From: Marsupella aquatica
Lineage: Eukaryota > Plantae > Marchantiophyta
Reading direction: 5' to 3'
Assembly (NCBI GenBank): GCA_973895155.1
Contig: OZ316892.1
Coordinates: 18,947,357-19,011,356, forward strand
Length of the DNA: 64,000 nucleotides
Of the stretch, positions 1 to 12,584 are shown piece after piece (position 1 is the stretch's first letter; every line of letters begins with the position of its first letter). Under the pieces are notes generated by a model. That model saw only the letters and a list, made by a program, of their open reading frames with translations. It did no database searches and had not been told where the DNA came from. A program made the position numbers and the translations under genes.

Positions 1-1
1 C

Positions 2-514
2 AGGGACAGATATATGAGTGGACGTGCTCTCCGTTCTGAGGGAGCCAGAGGATGCATCGAAGGCTTTCATTGAAGAAGACCTTTCCGTTCTTCTCCTCGA
101 TGGAGGAGAGCCTCCGGGTGGGTAGGCAATGTCAAAGCTCTTGTAGCTCATTGGAGTTTGAACGAGAGATGAATTCCTGTGCAAATCGAGAGGAGATAGA
201 GACTTCGGAACGAGCGCTCGAGTCAAATTGTGCTCCTCATCGTGTTGTGCGCGACGATCGCCGTCTCCAACTGCGTGTTCGTCTCCGCTCCCAAATGCAA
301 GACCTCTCCGATTCTCGTGCAATTGCTCCTCGCTTTCCTCTTCAATGTCCTGCAGAATATCTCCAATGCCCCCTTCCTCAGATAATTGAGCACTCTCGTG
401 ATCAGGCCCTGAGGTACCAAGCACTTCGTTGTCGAGAAGATTTTTCCTCTTCTTCTTCCTGTTCAAAAATGGTAACGATAATTTGAAGCGCCGAGGTCTG
501 CTGGCTCCAGTCAT
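2..514 (-). CDS. 5' part of an unidentified protein-coding gene, running off the left edge of the window
   Basis: A stop-free minus-strand frame runs from ~607 to base 2. From the ATG at 514 it reads MTGASRPRRFKLSLPFLNRKKKRKNLLDNEVLG...IEEESEEQ...YPPGGSPPSRRRTERSSS... It is absent from the ORF track because it has no stop in the window. It has a basic NLS-like cluster and acidic/Ser-rich composition. Confidence 0.55.
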   Translation of the reverse strand, partial: MTGASRPRRFKLSLPFLNRKKKRKNLLDNEVLGTSGPDHESAQLSEEGGIGDILQDIEEESEEQLHENRRGLAFGSGDEHAVGDGDRRAQHDEEHNLTRALVPKSLSPLDLHRNSSLVQTPMSYKSFDIAYPPGGSPPSRRRTERSSSMKAFDASSGSLRTESTSTHISVP

Positions 515-1019
515 GGCACGGCTTACGCTGCTACTGCTCTCCACGATCCTTTGCTGCCTCCACAATGCCCCCTTCTCTACCTCAAGTCTCCTGGCTGCGT
601 CGCCAATCTAGAAATTTGCGATTCCTTCCGCCTCGAATGAATAAATCCAGAATCTGCTACATGATCGTAGTCGAAAGCAACCAAATTACATCCCCAAATC
701 CTTCCTGCTCCGAGTAATGTCCAGGACTCCGACCATTTTTGCGCCGAACCCCCGCATTTTCTCTAAAACTTTCTCGACACTGCCAAAGTTCAGAAAATGT
801 AGGATGTCACACGTTTCCTCCTCTATCCTGCAAACGCACCTCACCTCGCTGCTGCGTGCCGCCAGCGGAGATCCGCATCCAGACTCTGCATCTACTGGAC
901 GGACTCAACTCAACTCTCCCCGATTGTCTTCCGCAACACTCAATCCACACACACCATCAAACATTCATACGGCATCCCGTCAGTCCACACAGTGATGTAC
1001 CAATGCGGTTCCGTGCTTG

Positions 1020-1420
1020 AGAGCATTTGATCCTTGATCCACACATCCCGTGATTGATTATCACTCACTCCTCCCCTACTTGCTCTTCTTCACAAGTGCT
1101 CGTTCTCATTTGCTCCGCCTCTTTCTCCATTCAACTCCACTCCATTCAGCTCCGACTCCTGCTCTTGCTCTAAACCCACATTCCGGCATTTCTCTCTCTA
1201 TCGCTCAGGAGTCTCATCTGCTTCAGAGCATTTCATCATTGATCCACACATCCCGAGATTGATTATCACTCACTCTTCCCCTAATTTCTCTTCTTCACGG
1301 GTGCTCGTTCTCATCTGCTCCGCCTCTTTCTCCACTCAACTCCACTCAGCTCCCACTCCTGCTCTTGCGCGCAACCCACATGCCGACATCTCTCTCTCTC
1401 TCTCTATCTCTCTATCTCTC
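1020..1420. repeat. ~205-bp tandem duplication ending in a CT microsatellite
   Basis: AGAGCATTT..TGATCCACACATCCCG..GATTGATTATCACTCACTC..GTGCTCGTTCTCAT..GCTCCGCCTCTTT occurs at ~1020 and again at ~1225. Confidence 0.85.
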
Positions 1421-3129
1421 AGCGGAGCAGCTAGACGACCAAAAGTTCGACTCCTCCGACGAAACGTGCGGAAAGGCTCTCGAGCTGCGGTTTCGTGTGA
1501 CGACGTGCCGTGTTAAAAGGCGAGATGCCAGCTCCACAAGCGAATGCCATTCCCCAATGAACCCACTCGTAATTCAGTGTTCCTTCATCGACTGTACTGT
1601 GAGTGTAATCCCTCGTCTTTCCACTCTGTCCACCTCCTGCGTTCGTCTTTCGTCGTCAAAACGACGACTTATTACTTTCGGGACACAGGAGACGCAAAAG
1701 GGGAACGAGCTACAGCAAATCAACTCTTCTTCGCACGATGGAGTCTGCGAGATCGAGATCGGGATCGGGCAGAGTGGCAGACCGGGCCCGAAAAGGAAAC
1801 CCTCCCCGCTCAGCCCACAAATCAAAATCACACTACTACTCCACGACCACCTTTTTTCGGGACGGAGCCGGCCCGGAACCCGAAAAAACATCCCGTGCAT
1901 GACCTGCCCGTGTCTCCCGAGACACCCCTCCCAAACATCTTCACGATGAGTTCCATTCACTTTGTGCACCACCTGGAAAAACAAATGCAGGTTCTTAGGG
2001 GTAAAGTTTGAAACTCTTACCGGGCTACATTGCTACAACCACTATGTTGGAAGACCATCCATCCCAACTAGTTCCATTTGGGGAATATTTTTATGCAGCA
2101 GCTGAGGAAAAATGCCCCAACTGCTGCATAAAATTTCTGTGATACAGGTGACCTTCATTAAAGCCCAATCTTCTGGCGAACGAATGGGGGAATTTGGGGC
2201 ATAATTTTACATGATGGACCCCAAAATGAAGTGTGTCACTTGATGGACCCCATAAGTGATAAGACCATTGATAGACCTTAATTCCTTGGTTCCTTGGTGT
2301 TGTTTGAAGAGAAAACTTTGGTTTGGGGTTTTGGTTTGAAATGGGTTTAAAACCTGTTTGGTTAACTCAAACACATCCAGTTTTCAACGCGCTTTGATGC
2401 ATTTGCACAAAGTAATTTTGGTGCAGGGCACCGAGTTGCTGACAGTCACGGTTTGCCGGAAATTCTTTCCCTGCAAAATTCCTGTCAAAGCAATGGTCAC
2501 AAAAAGTAGTGGGTTGAGATGCCCTATTGAGCGAGTCTTTTTCAGTAGCCCAAATTGACTCCAGATTCCATCCCAAATTTGCTAGATTCTACCTCTTCAA
2601 AAAGTCTCAGTAAATTTGCTTATTTCAGTTGTCTTCCTTGAGGCGGTTTTTCCCAATCTAGCCACTGATAGCAATAGCCACAGAATCTGGCCGTCAATAC
2701 TAAATCTGGGGACAATCTGATGGCCAAGAAATAATTTGCGAAAATTAGACAGTAAAATACCTACCGTAGCGTCGAAAAAGAAAACCTTAAAATGACGGTG
2801 TTCCATTGCGTTTCCCGGGAATGAGTGAAATCTTTACCCTGCCCAGCTCGGCTGCGCGGGTCCGGCACTGACCCCGAGGAGGCGAGGAGTGTGAGTGTCG
2901 AGAAGGCGTATACGGTACAGTAAAGTTTTCTGTACGCAGTCTGCACGGGAGTCTCGCGTGTGTCCAGGATTGGGGGACTGACAACGGGCAGCTTCCCAAG
3001 AAAGTGCACTTTTCCTGTTTACTCTGGGCGAGTCTGGTCTGGAGTTCTGGACTGCTTTGCCTGCCCGGCGGGTCCCGGCAAGACGTGGGCACCGTGGCGC
3101 TTCTCTCAGCTAACCGCGGTCTCTCTCGG

Positions 3130-3246
3130 TGTCATATCAAGCGTCCTCCCCCTTCAAGTACCATATCAAGTGCCCTATCAAGTGTCCTCTCCCTTCAGGT
3201 ACCATATCAAGTGTCATATCAAGTGTCCTCTCCCTTTGAGTACCAT
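3130..3246. repeat. short tandem repeat (CATATCAAGTG / CCTCTCCCTT units)
   Basis: Visible repeated units; they give repeated QVPYQV peptides in the spurious overlapping ORF. Confidence 0.7.
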
Positions 3247-3273
3247 ATATATATCCCTATAGCAGCGATTCTG

Positions 3274-3442
3274 GAGGTTATTCCTTGATGGACCCCCAAA
3301 ATCAAACTTTTCTTGACAACCAACCCCATAAGGTTTTGGGGACGGTGATAAACCTCTATCAAAGTCTATCAATGGTCTGGAGCACTCAGGAAGTCCTATC
3401 AAATAATACTTTTCATTGTGGGGTCCATCAAGCATGTTTTTC
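3274..3442. mobile_element. Mutator-like MITE, degenerate copy
   Basis: Inverted ends GAGGTTATTCCTTGATGGACCCC / GGGGTCCATCAAGCATGTTTTTC. The 10-bp flanks AGCGATTCTG / AACCATTTTG match at 7 of 10 positions. Confidence 0.6.
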
Positions 3443-5070
3443 AACCATTTTGTAAACAATCAATTCCTAAACAAACAATTAGGTGAGATTAATTAGGATG
3501 CAATCCTAGTCATTCAATGTGGGGACATGACACATTTCATTTTACATGAAATTAGGCACAATCAAGCAAAGGCTTCACCGATCATAGTCATCTACCATTG
3601 GACCCCTTGTGAATCCCTTTTCTAACATGTGTTTATTATCTGGTCCAAAACTTATACTCCTCTTGTGGTGCTCAGAAAAATGGATCAAGTGGCCATTTCT
3701 ATTCAGGGTCTTTGCATTTATTATCTTCTGACCTGACACATATGCCTCCGACATTTTTATTGTTTGAAACTGGCCCTCGTCTTTGCTTGTGGATGGAGAT
3801 AAATTCAACAGACTCCACAGTCTTTTAAAGTCCCCCTTACTGGACCGGTTTCATGACTCTGGAAATAATATGAATCCCCCTCATAGAAAGCCCTGAGATG
3901 TATAATACAGATCCAATCTTGCGCACAATTATTTTTAAGGCCAAGCTCCTTTGGTCTTTGGAGGGAAAGCGAATAATACCCGGCCAGGGTTCAAAAATTT
4001 GCCGACATTTGTACTCTCTTCTCAAACTTTTTGACATTTTCTGTCCCAATGGACATACCCGTACCCGACATTATTTGCCTGCCCGAGTTCACGGGCATCC
4101 AATCAAATCATCCCCGTCCACATTAATGGGCCGTTATCAATCTGATTATCTTGTCCCTGTCTCCCTAGTTAAATGCTAGTACTCTAGTTAAGTTAGATTA
4201 GATTACATCAGAATGGCGTCATTGGCCGGGTGTATCCAGAAGAATATTTCCTTGCCATTTCAGCCGTCGCCTCTCGTCGCTGGACGCCTCAGTGCAAGCA
4301 CTCATCAGGACTTCACTACCTTATAATACCCTCGAGCCATCACGTTCACCCAAACAATTATATAGATTCGTGTCCTACTGACGATATATTTTCGCTTGTG
4401 AAATCTCGAGGTAAGTTCTCAAAGTAATTTTAATAATGTTTTCTGCAACCTGACAATATTGACTTATCAATGTATACACAAAACATTTGTGGGTACTTCT
4501 GAAACCTTCAATGCATCTTTGTGTAAACACGGACTTTTTCAGGTATGTATTATTTTTGAAATTAACTGTCCCTGACAAAATATCTGAGGGTACTTGTGAA
4601 ATATTTGAATAATATTCCATGCGTCTTGATCTATCATTCCAATGTCTACATTATATTTCAAATTAAAATCTTCTTGTCCCACTGAACAAAATACTTGTGA
4701 AACCTCCAATAATTGGAATTTTATACATCTTGATCTAACATTATTTTTCTATGCATACCTTATTTTTTAGATTAAAAATGTAAACAGGCAAATAAATTTT
4801 TTGGCCTCACACTATCCTTCAGATAACAAAAAATTAATGTATTTTGGGCCGGACACATATCAAAATGCCATAATAGATAGTGTGCATTGGTTGATTTAAA
4901 GAAAAATAATAAATTTTATCTCTGATATCAAATGATATCATTTTTTTATGTGTGGTTAACAATACCCTAATGAATCTGCACATGACTATACGATCACCCA
5001 TACATTAAGCAATCTGTTTTAAGGTATGGCTTGCACCAGAAAACAACATATTAAGTATGAGACAAGCTCA

Positions 5071-5211
5071 ACTTCCACCTCCATTGGCCGATTGTGCGCA
5101 GGTAAACTTGCGCAAGGGTTTGACAAGGCGGCCAATTTAGTGCCTGAACTGGCTGGTTTACAATTTGTGTTTGCTACACCTCTCTAACGTTTCATCATTT
5201 GGAGTGGGAGT
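5071..5211. other. strongly base-paired segment, candidate structured ncRNA
   Basis: Nested stems: 5071-5083 with 5200-5211, ATTGGCCG (5083-5090) with CGGCCAAT (5129-5136), the hairpin TGCGCAGG-TAAA-CTTGCGCA (5095-5114), and GTGT/ACAC (5167-5179). Confidence 0.3.
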
Positions 5212-5529
5212 GTCAAATCGAAATCTGATAACCATTTATTATTGGATGAACCTGGGCTCCCGCCTCTAAATGGGAATTGATCAATTGAGGACACCACAAT
5301 TTATTTATCACATATAAATTTTGACAGAATGGTGTACTGTGTACGAAGCGCTGTGTTGTCAATGAGAGATGCTCAACTGGTCCATCATTGAGAACGTGTT
5401 TCCGATTTGTTCCCATTCCTCTGCACTCAAAGATTCAATGAAGTACACATCAATTGGATTCAGGCAGGAAGGAACTGTACTTTTCCCCACCCGCCAAAGC
5501 GGGCCATGACACCCAATTGAATTCGAATA

Positions 5530-7030
5530 TATACTGCACTTTTCTCAGAATTGTGTCAATACTGTCTCAACTCACAAATACTATTTTGAAAACAAAAGCT
5601 CCAATTATACTGTACTTTTCTCAAAATGGTGTCAACACTCAACACTATAAGCCCCAGGTATACAGTACTTTGCTGGGATTGGTTGTCAATACTGTCCCAA
5701 CTCTCAAATACTATATTCGGAAACAAAAGCGCCAAGTATACTCACTGTACTTTTTGCAGACTGGTGGCAATACTGTCCCGACTCTCAAATATAGTTTTAG
5801 AGACAAAGACCCCAAGTATACTCACAGTACGTTCCACAGGATGTGGATGGTGTCAATACTCTCCCCGACTCTCAAATGCTATTTCGAAAAGCAAAAGCCC
5901 CAAGGGTACTGTACTTTTCTCTGAATGGTGTCAATACTGTCCCAAGTCTCAAATACCATTTCGAAAAGCCTATACTGTACTTTTCTCAGAATGGTCAATA
6001 CTGACCCCACTCTCATATACTGATTTGAAAAACAAAAGTTTCAAGTAGACTGTACTTTTCTCAGATACCGTCCATACTGTCCCTACTCTCAAATAGTTGT
6101 TTGGAAAAGTAAAGTCTCCAGTATACTGTACTTTGTTCAGATTGGTGTCAATACTGTCCCGACTCTCAACTACTTTTTGAAATACAAATCTACAGCATAC
6201 TGTACTTTGCTCAGATTGGTGGCAATACTGTTCCGACTCTGAAATGTAATTTGAAAAACGAAAGTCTCAACTACACTGGACTTTCCTCAGAATTGTGGCA
6301 ATATTGTCCCGCCTCTCAAATAGTTTTTTGAAGATCGAGCCTCAGAATTATGTCAATATTATTGTTACAATGCTCAAATACTGTGTTGAAGAAACGAAAG
6401 TCCTCCTTATACTGTACTGTGATCAGATTTGTGTCAATCCTGCCCCAACTCTCAAATACTTTTTGGAAAAACAAATAGCTCAAGCATATTGTACTTTGCT
6501 CAGATTGGTGCGATACTGTCCCGGCCTCAGGTACTTTTTTGAAAAACAAAAGTCTTCAGTATCCTGTACTTTGCTCAAAATTGTGTACAATGCTGTCCCA
6601 ACCCTCAAGTCTCAACCATACCTTTTGGAAAAATAACGTCTCAGTTGTACTGTACTTTGCTCAGACAGTGTGTCACAACCCTCAAATATTGTTTTGAAAG
6701 AAGAAAAGTAAAGGTCGGAACTAGACTGAACTGTGATCAGAATAGTGTCAATACTGCAGATATTTACTTGATGGACCCCCAAATTGAAATGTCTTACTTG
6801 ATAGACCACATGAACTTTTGGGTACATTGATTAGATCTATCAAGAGTCCTGATCACTCATGGTCCATCAAGTAACACTTTGTATTTTCCATCAAGTATCT
6901 CTCTCTTCAATACTGTCCAAACTTTCATATATGTTTTTGAAAAACCAACATCTCAAGTAAACTGTACTTTGATCAGTGTCAATAGTGTACAAACCAGAAA
7001 ATATGTTTTTGAAAAGAAATATCAGATTTC
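5530..7030. repeat. degenerate tandem array with a ~76-78-bp unit, roughly 17-19 copies, with remnants to ~7820
   Basis: The unit TATACTGTACTTTKCTCAGAWTKGTGTCAATACTGTCCCRACTCTCAAATA...GAAAAACAAAAG recurs, e.g. at 5530, 5606, 6122 and ~6198. Confidence 0.9.
6757..6905. mobile_element. 149-bp Mutator-like MITE inserted into the tandem array
   Basis: Inverted ends CAGATATTTACTTGATGG / CCATCAAGTATCTCTCTC. TCAATACTG is duplicated at 6748-6756 and 6907-6915, splitting one array unit. Confidence 0.8.
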
Positions 7031-8385
7031 AGTACTCTGCGACTGCTGGTCCTCTCGATGATGTTTTGGGCTGAATGGCCCTCAGGTTTGTTGTTCTTTG
7101 TTTCTTTTGTTCCCACTTTGACCTCGTGTCCTCAGGCCTGAATGTGTTTGGCCTCGGAGTGACCTTTGGTCCTTGACAGGCATGCAATCTGGCCCTTATA
7201 CTCCCATTTTTCACTGGGTTTTACTTTTTGCACAAGTGTTCCTTTCAAGCACAACAAAGAATTGTGACAATACTGTTCCAATTCTCAACTCTAAAGTATA
7301 CCTTTAGGGGAAAAAAAAACTCCTTACCTGACCATGCTTCGCTCAGAATTCTCTCGATGCTGTCCAAACTCTTCACTGTACTTGCTGAATAATTATTAAA
7401 ATTCTGAACGACTAACAAAATAGCTGAGAGCGCATTTCAAACCTCAGGAGAGTTTGAGTATGTACATTCCAACAACCTTCTAAGTATCAATGTGTAAACA
7501 AGGACTCTTCAATGTATGCATTGCTTTCAAAATAAATTAATTAAAATAAGATAATAATACTTTCGATATTGGCATAGCATTATTTTGGAATACAAACAAA
7601 TTAATATTTCACGCCGTACCACCGAAACAAGATGACGAGTGTATTCTTTACTTTGCTTACTTTGCTGAGAATTGTGTCAATACCTTCTCTAGCTCAGAAT
7701 TATCAAGTACATTGTACTTTTCTCAAAATTGTGCCAATACTGTCCCAACTCTCAAATCTAAACTTTAGTTCTTTTTAAACAAAGAAACGTCTCCACTATA
7801 CTCTACTTTGCTGAGAAATTCTGGATCGTATGAAGAATGGGAAACGGATGCGTACAATGTGGACCGTACATGAGATTCAAATTTTCAAAATCTACCGTAG
7901 ATTACGAATTTGCAATAGTGGTGAGAATACATGTAATCAGGAAGATGTCATGCAACCAACTTTGAAAGTAATGTAGACAATCTGCAAATTTGGAAAGCTT
8001 CAATGGGATCAAACCGTTCAAATCTGGGGCCCAATTCTCGGAGATCAAGGATGAGTTTGGAGAATTGAGTCTACCAATGAGATCGTGGAAATAATGGGGC
8101 TATACTTTTATTTTTCTCGCTGGACTACTTTAATGGTCATTACGCTCCTGCAAAAAGTATTTAGTTAATTAAATTTTGGCACCCAGCTCAAAAATGTGGC
8201 ATCCAAAATTTGTGGGCTGGAAAGATAGGGGCAGTTACCGGAGATGGGCAGGAAATATTCCAGCTGAATTAGAGTTTCCCTTCCAAAACATTGTTTATCT
8301 GTTGAAAAATCCTTTTCAATATAATTATTTAGCGCAAACCAGACTACTCTTTAGGTACTGTAGTCTATCTGTGGCATCAACTTTG

Positions 8386-8560
8386 GAGGTATTTGTTTGA
8401 TCGACCCCCAAAATGAAACTTGTTATTTGATCGATCCCCTGAGGTCTATCGACGGTCCAGATCTGAGATCAAAAGGTCCATCAATCCAGATTGAGGAAAA
8501 GTATAGAGGGGGTTAATTAAGGAAACTTTTTCCAGAAGGGGTCTATTAAGCATATCTTTC
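8386..8560. mobile_element. Mutator-like MITE, degenerate copy
   Basis: Ends GAGGTATTTGTTTGATCGACCCCC ... GGGGTCTATTAAGCATATCTTTC match the same TIR family; no clear TSD. Confidence 0.5.
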
Positions 8561-11272
8561 TACTTAGTAATATTGATTTCTGAAAATATAGGACTGTTCT
8601 CTTCAATGAATCATAAATGGAAAGGCATCATGGAGTGAGTGGAGCAATGACATAACCTTGGAGTAATGGAGTCTGGGCAAGCCACAGTTAGAGGCCCGAG
8701 AGTCTCTTTCGAATGTCTGATAATTATGTATGTACTCTATGAATCCTGTAGCAACGGATACGGCGTTTTCAAATTCAAACGATATTATTTATAGGTCCAG
8801 CAAGCAAAGAGGTAATGCAATGGAATCAATGAATCATGAGAAGTGCCAGGCCATGAATACTGCACCTCGTACAAACTTGGGTGGACTCGCTACAGTTTTG
8901 GTGTGATGGGCATTAATTGGATGGCAAATTTGACTGGGCTCTACTGTGCCGCTTGACCTCCTTGTGGTACATTCAATCCCCCCAAAAAAGGAACTTGGAA
9001 AAGAAAATTTGGCTTCCATAACATTTTCTTTTTGTGGTTTTGAATGCATGCTTTAGTAAAGAGATATTGGGATAGACACAAAAATTTGACAAGGTGCTTG
9101 GATGGACTCACAAAACCCTGACAGTCACAAACCATTCTGAGTCTCCATTTCTAACCTTTTGTATCTGTGGGTCGAGTGGCTAACCCTGGCAAAGACTCAT
9201 CGTGGTGGAGGAGAAAATAGCAGAACAAGAGGCCCAGAAATGCCCAGAGTAATTTTCACCTCACTTTAAAAATAGAACATAGAAAAAATAACTCTTCAAA
9301 ATTTTTATGGGTTAAGAGTTAGAACGGCTATAAAACGTTATAATGCCCAAGTACTTCAGTATTGCATTTGTGACTCCATCCCTACTTAAATATTGTCTAC
9401 ATCGTCACCCTAGTTCCATGTCTTTTGCACAAAGTATCATTCTTAGTGTCTGTCTTTAATATTGAACGCTGTCACCACTATATTCTTGCTACGAGTGATG
9501 CAATCGTGCAAGTTTGACTGAGTTGTAGAGGCTACAAGGTTATCCTTCTGTTGCCCTGTGACCTTTCAAATTAGCAGGATTACTGGCAGGTCCTGATTCT
9601 GTTGCCTTGAACATGGATGATGGAGAAGATTGATGTGTATCAGAACCAACAGAGTAAACACAGCAAGGGAAGACAGGATAGTAAAGCTAAGGAGGATAGG
9701 AGCAATATTAGACAGCAGAACAAGGGTCTCCTTGGTATGGGATGACTAGTAGCATTAAGAGTAGACAAAGTTCACTCAAGATGAATAGGAATCATTGGAG
9801 TAGCAAGAAAGAGAGACAAAGTAGGGAGGTGAACTCAGGGAACACTGAGTGGTGGAGTTGTTGGACCAATTGGCCGGACTAGTCGTGTGTGGTTTGGTGT
9901 GCTGCGGGGGGTTGGGTCCTGTTTGTTTCCTTCTTGGGTGGTCTTCGCCCCCTTGCCTGTTATTGACGGCCTCTACGCCCCCCTTTCCAAGAAAAGGGAA
10001 AGAAAAAAATAATTCAAGAGAGTTTGGAACTAAAAAGAAAAACTGGCAGGTCCATATTCCTTTAACTATTTTTTACTCCCCTCAAGATGTACAGTGAGCT
10101 GGTTTAGCTATTGCCTTATAATTGTCAGTGAAGAAACCACATGTTTTTGCTGTTGGTATTGAAGATGGCCAAGATGAATCCTTGCAAGCTGCTGTGGAGG
10201 AAACTTTTAGAAGACGGACCCAGGCAGACATCAAGCGGGCAAGCAAGGCAGAAAGACGGAAGTTTGGGTCCATATTAATTTTTCAATGTGTAAAACACTG
10301 CTGCATGGAAGACAAGATGGCAGATAAACAGCATGTAGGTTATGAAGTTGCTATATTGCTATAGAGTGAATCCATCTTTCACAATTTATCTTATTCAGAT
10401 TTTGTATCCAATATTTTGATTTTAATGTGCCTTAAAATGGTGAATCATTTTTATTAATTTGATTTTATTAACTTTTTTGACCCATTTTAATTTTAGTGAA
10501 TATAGAGTAATATTGAATGTATTTGGCTCCCCTCATGAATGTTTTTTTTTTCCAATCACTCCTTAGTGTATTGTCTTTTTTCTCATGAGAAAAATGAATT
10601 TGAATAATGTGCACATCTGGTCTACTAAGTTCCCTTTGTGATTTCCATTAGAAATTTATGGTTTTAATTGAGTTTATCTCATTACCTAGAAGCAAGTGAA
10701 AATATGTATTATATGTACACAACTTTTAGGTATCTCTGTATTTTCTTGGTCATAATGTGCATTTCTTTGCATGTGTACTTATGATTTTGTGTGTTGTCAC
10801 ATCACTCTTAATTAATAGAATATCAATTTCTTGGTGTATACTTTACATGCACCTACTTCTTTTATGATAAAATAAATTAAATGGATTACATATCACTACT
10901 ACAGGACAAAAAAAGACATGTTCGAGGATGAACATGCTATATGGGAGAGGTAAAAACAAGCCAATAGCCAAATGCATGAGGAAGCCAGACAGAAGCTCAA
11001 ATGGAAGTTGCAAGGAATGAGAGCAGAATATGTCCTCCGTGAGATTTGTATGCCATTTAGCCCAACAGTCAAAATACTTTAGAGAAACAATTTTCAATAC
11101 TTATTATGAATTAACAATTGCCCTTGGCCCATACAGCATAAATTAAACTGAAGATCTGGAATTCAATCTGGTTCATTGAAGTTATTTGTAGAATGTGCAT
11201 GCTTAAAGGAGATTCATTGTCAGTTTATAGTAAATTATTGGGCAAGTTAAAACTAAATTGAAACTTTCACTA

Positions 11273-11775
11273 CTTGGGGGCCAAAAACAGGGTGAAACTA
11301 GTTTTTTGGTCTCCCCAACAGTGTTGGACCCTTCTCACCACGAGTTAGGCCCCTGTTTCCACTGCATCGCTACCCAGGCACGACATTCCTTGCCTCCATC
11401 ACTGGAAGCTCAGTCCTGGCATTGCTGCACGCAAGCTAAAGCCCTCCATCGCCTCTAGTTGCTGAGAAATACCCAGGCTTCAATCTGCTCACATCCTCTG
11501 CGAGCTGCTTCCGTCCTTTGCTGCACGCTGCTGAGAGTAATCATGCTGCTCCTCTTTGCTGAAGCTGCTTCCCTCCAATGCAAGCTGCGCCGCTCTGCTG
11601 AAGCTGTCCACTGCAAGCTGCTGTGAACCCTAGTAGTAGGCTAACCAAAGTGAACCCCTTAACTCACCTGCTTATTTGCTAAACTATGCTCATGCAGGCC
11701 AACTTTGGGAAAGTTTAAGGAAATTAGGAAAAGTCCAAAAAGAGAATCTGGCCCAGGTTTGGTTTTTGGCCCCTG
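11273..11775. mobile_element. putative TA-flanked (Tc1/mariner-like) non-autonomous element
   Basis: 12-bp inverted repeat GGGGCCAAAAAC / GTTTTTGGCCCC near both ends, with TA flanking each side. Confidence 0.35.
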
Positions 11776-12584
11776 TACATTGCGTATGACTTTATTGACT
11801 ACCGTAGCAAGAAAGACTCACATGAATTGAATTGCCTGGAATATAATCAGGTGAGTTAACCAGTCAGAATTGACACACACGGCATGAATTGATCTGAAGA
11901 CCTGAGGCTTGCTGGAATAGAGTCTGGTGCGTTAACCAGCGAGAGGCAACAAGCTGACGCGGCTTACTGATCCACTCTTTGCAAATACAGCACCTGAAAG
12001 TCTGATCAAGTCAGAGCAAATGGGTTGGACAACTTTTTAATTTTATTAGCTAGTGGGTTTGGTGAACAGCCACCTACAGTAAGGATTGGAGATTTACTTG
12101 AGTAAACCCAGACACAAGAAAAGCCTCCATCAGACCATCAGAAAAAGAAAACTGATACAGTGGTCTCGGCGGCAGCAGTCTGGCCAGAAGAACAAAGACA
12201 GCGCAAAAGGGCAGAGCTCTGGCGAGAAGGAAGGACGACATCACAAAAGGCCCACCGTGCATTCGATGTGGTTTAATGTCTACCATATACCAACTAGCCC
12301 CAGAATTCGGGGCAGGTACGTTGGGGGTTGCGACTCGTCGTCCCACTTCTGTACAGCTGTACCACCGTACTACCGTAGCAATCTTGGGTTCTGGGCACCT
12401 GGCAACTTGACCGGGTACAGTACTATAGAACGATGGCAGAGGCCTACCCTGGTAGTGTTGTGGCGTTTGGGATGGGACTTACATTCTTTTCTGGAAAGGT
12501 GCTTTACACGGTAGTGCTATATTATTAGGGCAGTTACGAATGGCTTTACTCATGTACAACAGCAGTGCCATGCACCGGTATTTC

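Noticed and set aside
52-486. + strand 144-aa ORF
   Set aside because: Probably the antisense shadow of the longer minus-strand frame.
5454-6636. ORFs over the tandem array
   Set aside because: The peptides simply mirror the DNA repeat in several frames.
5530-7030. CRISPR-like repeat/spacer appearance
   Set aside because: The variable parts are homologous to each other, the repeats are degenerate, there are no cas genes, and the context is eukaryotic.
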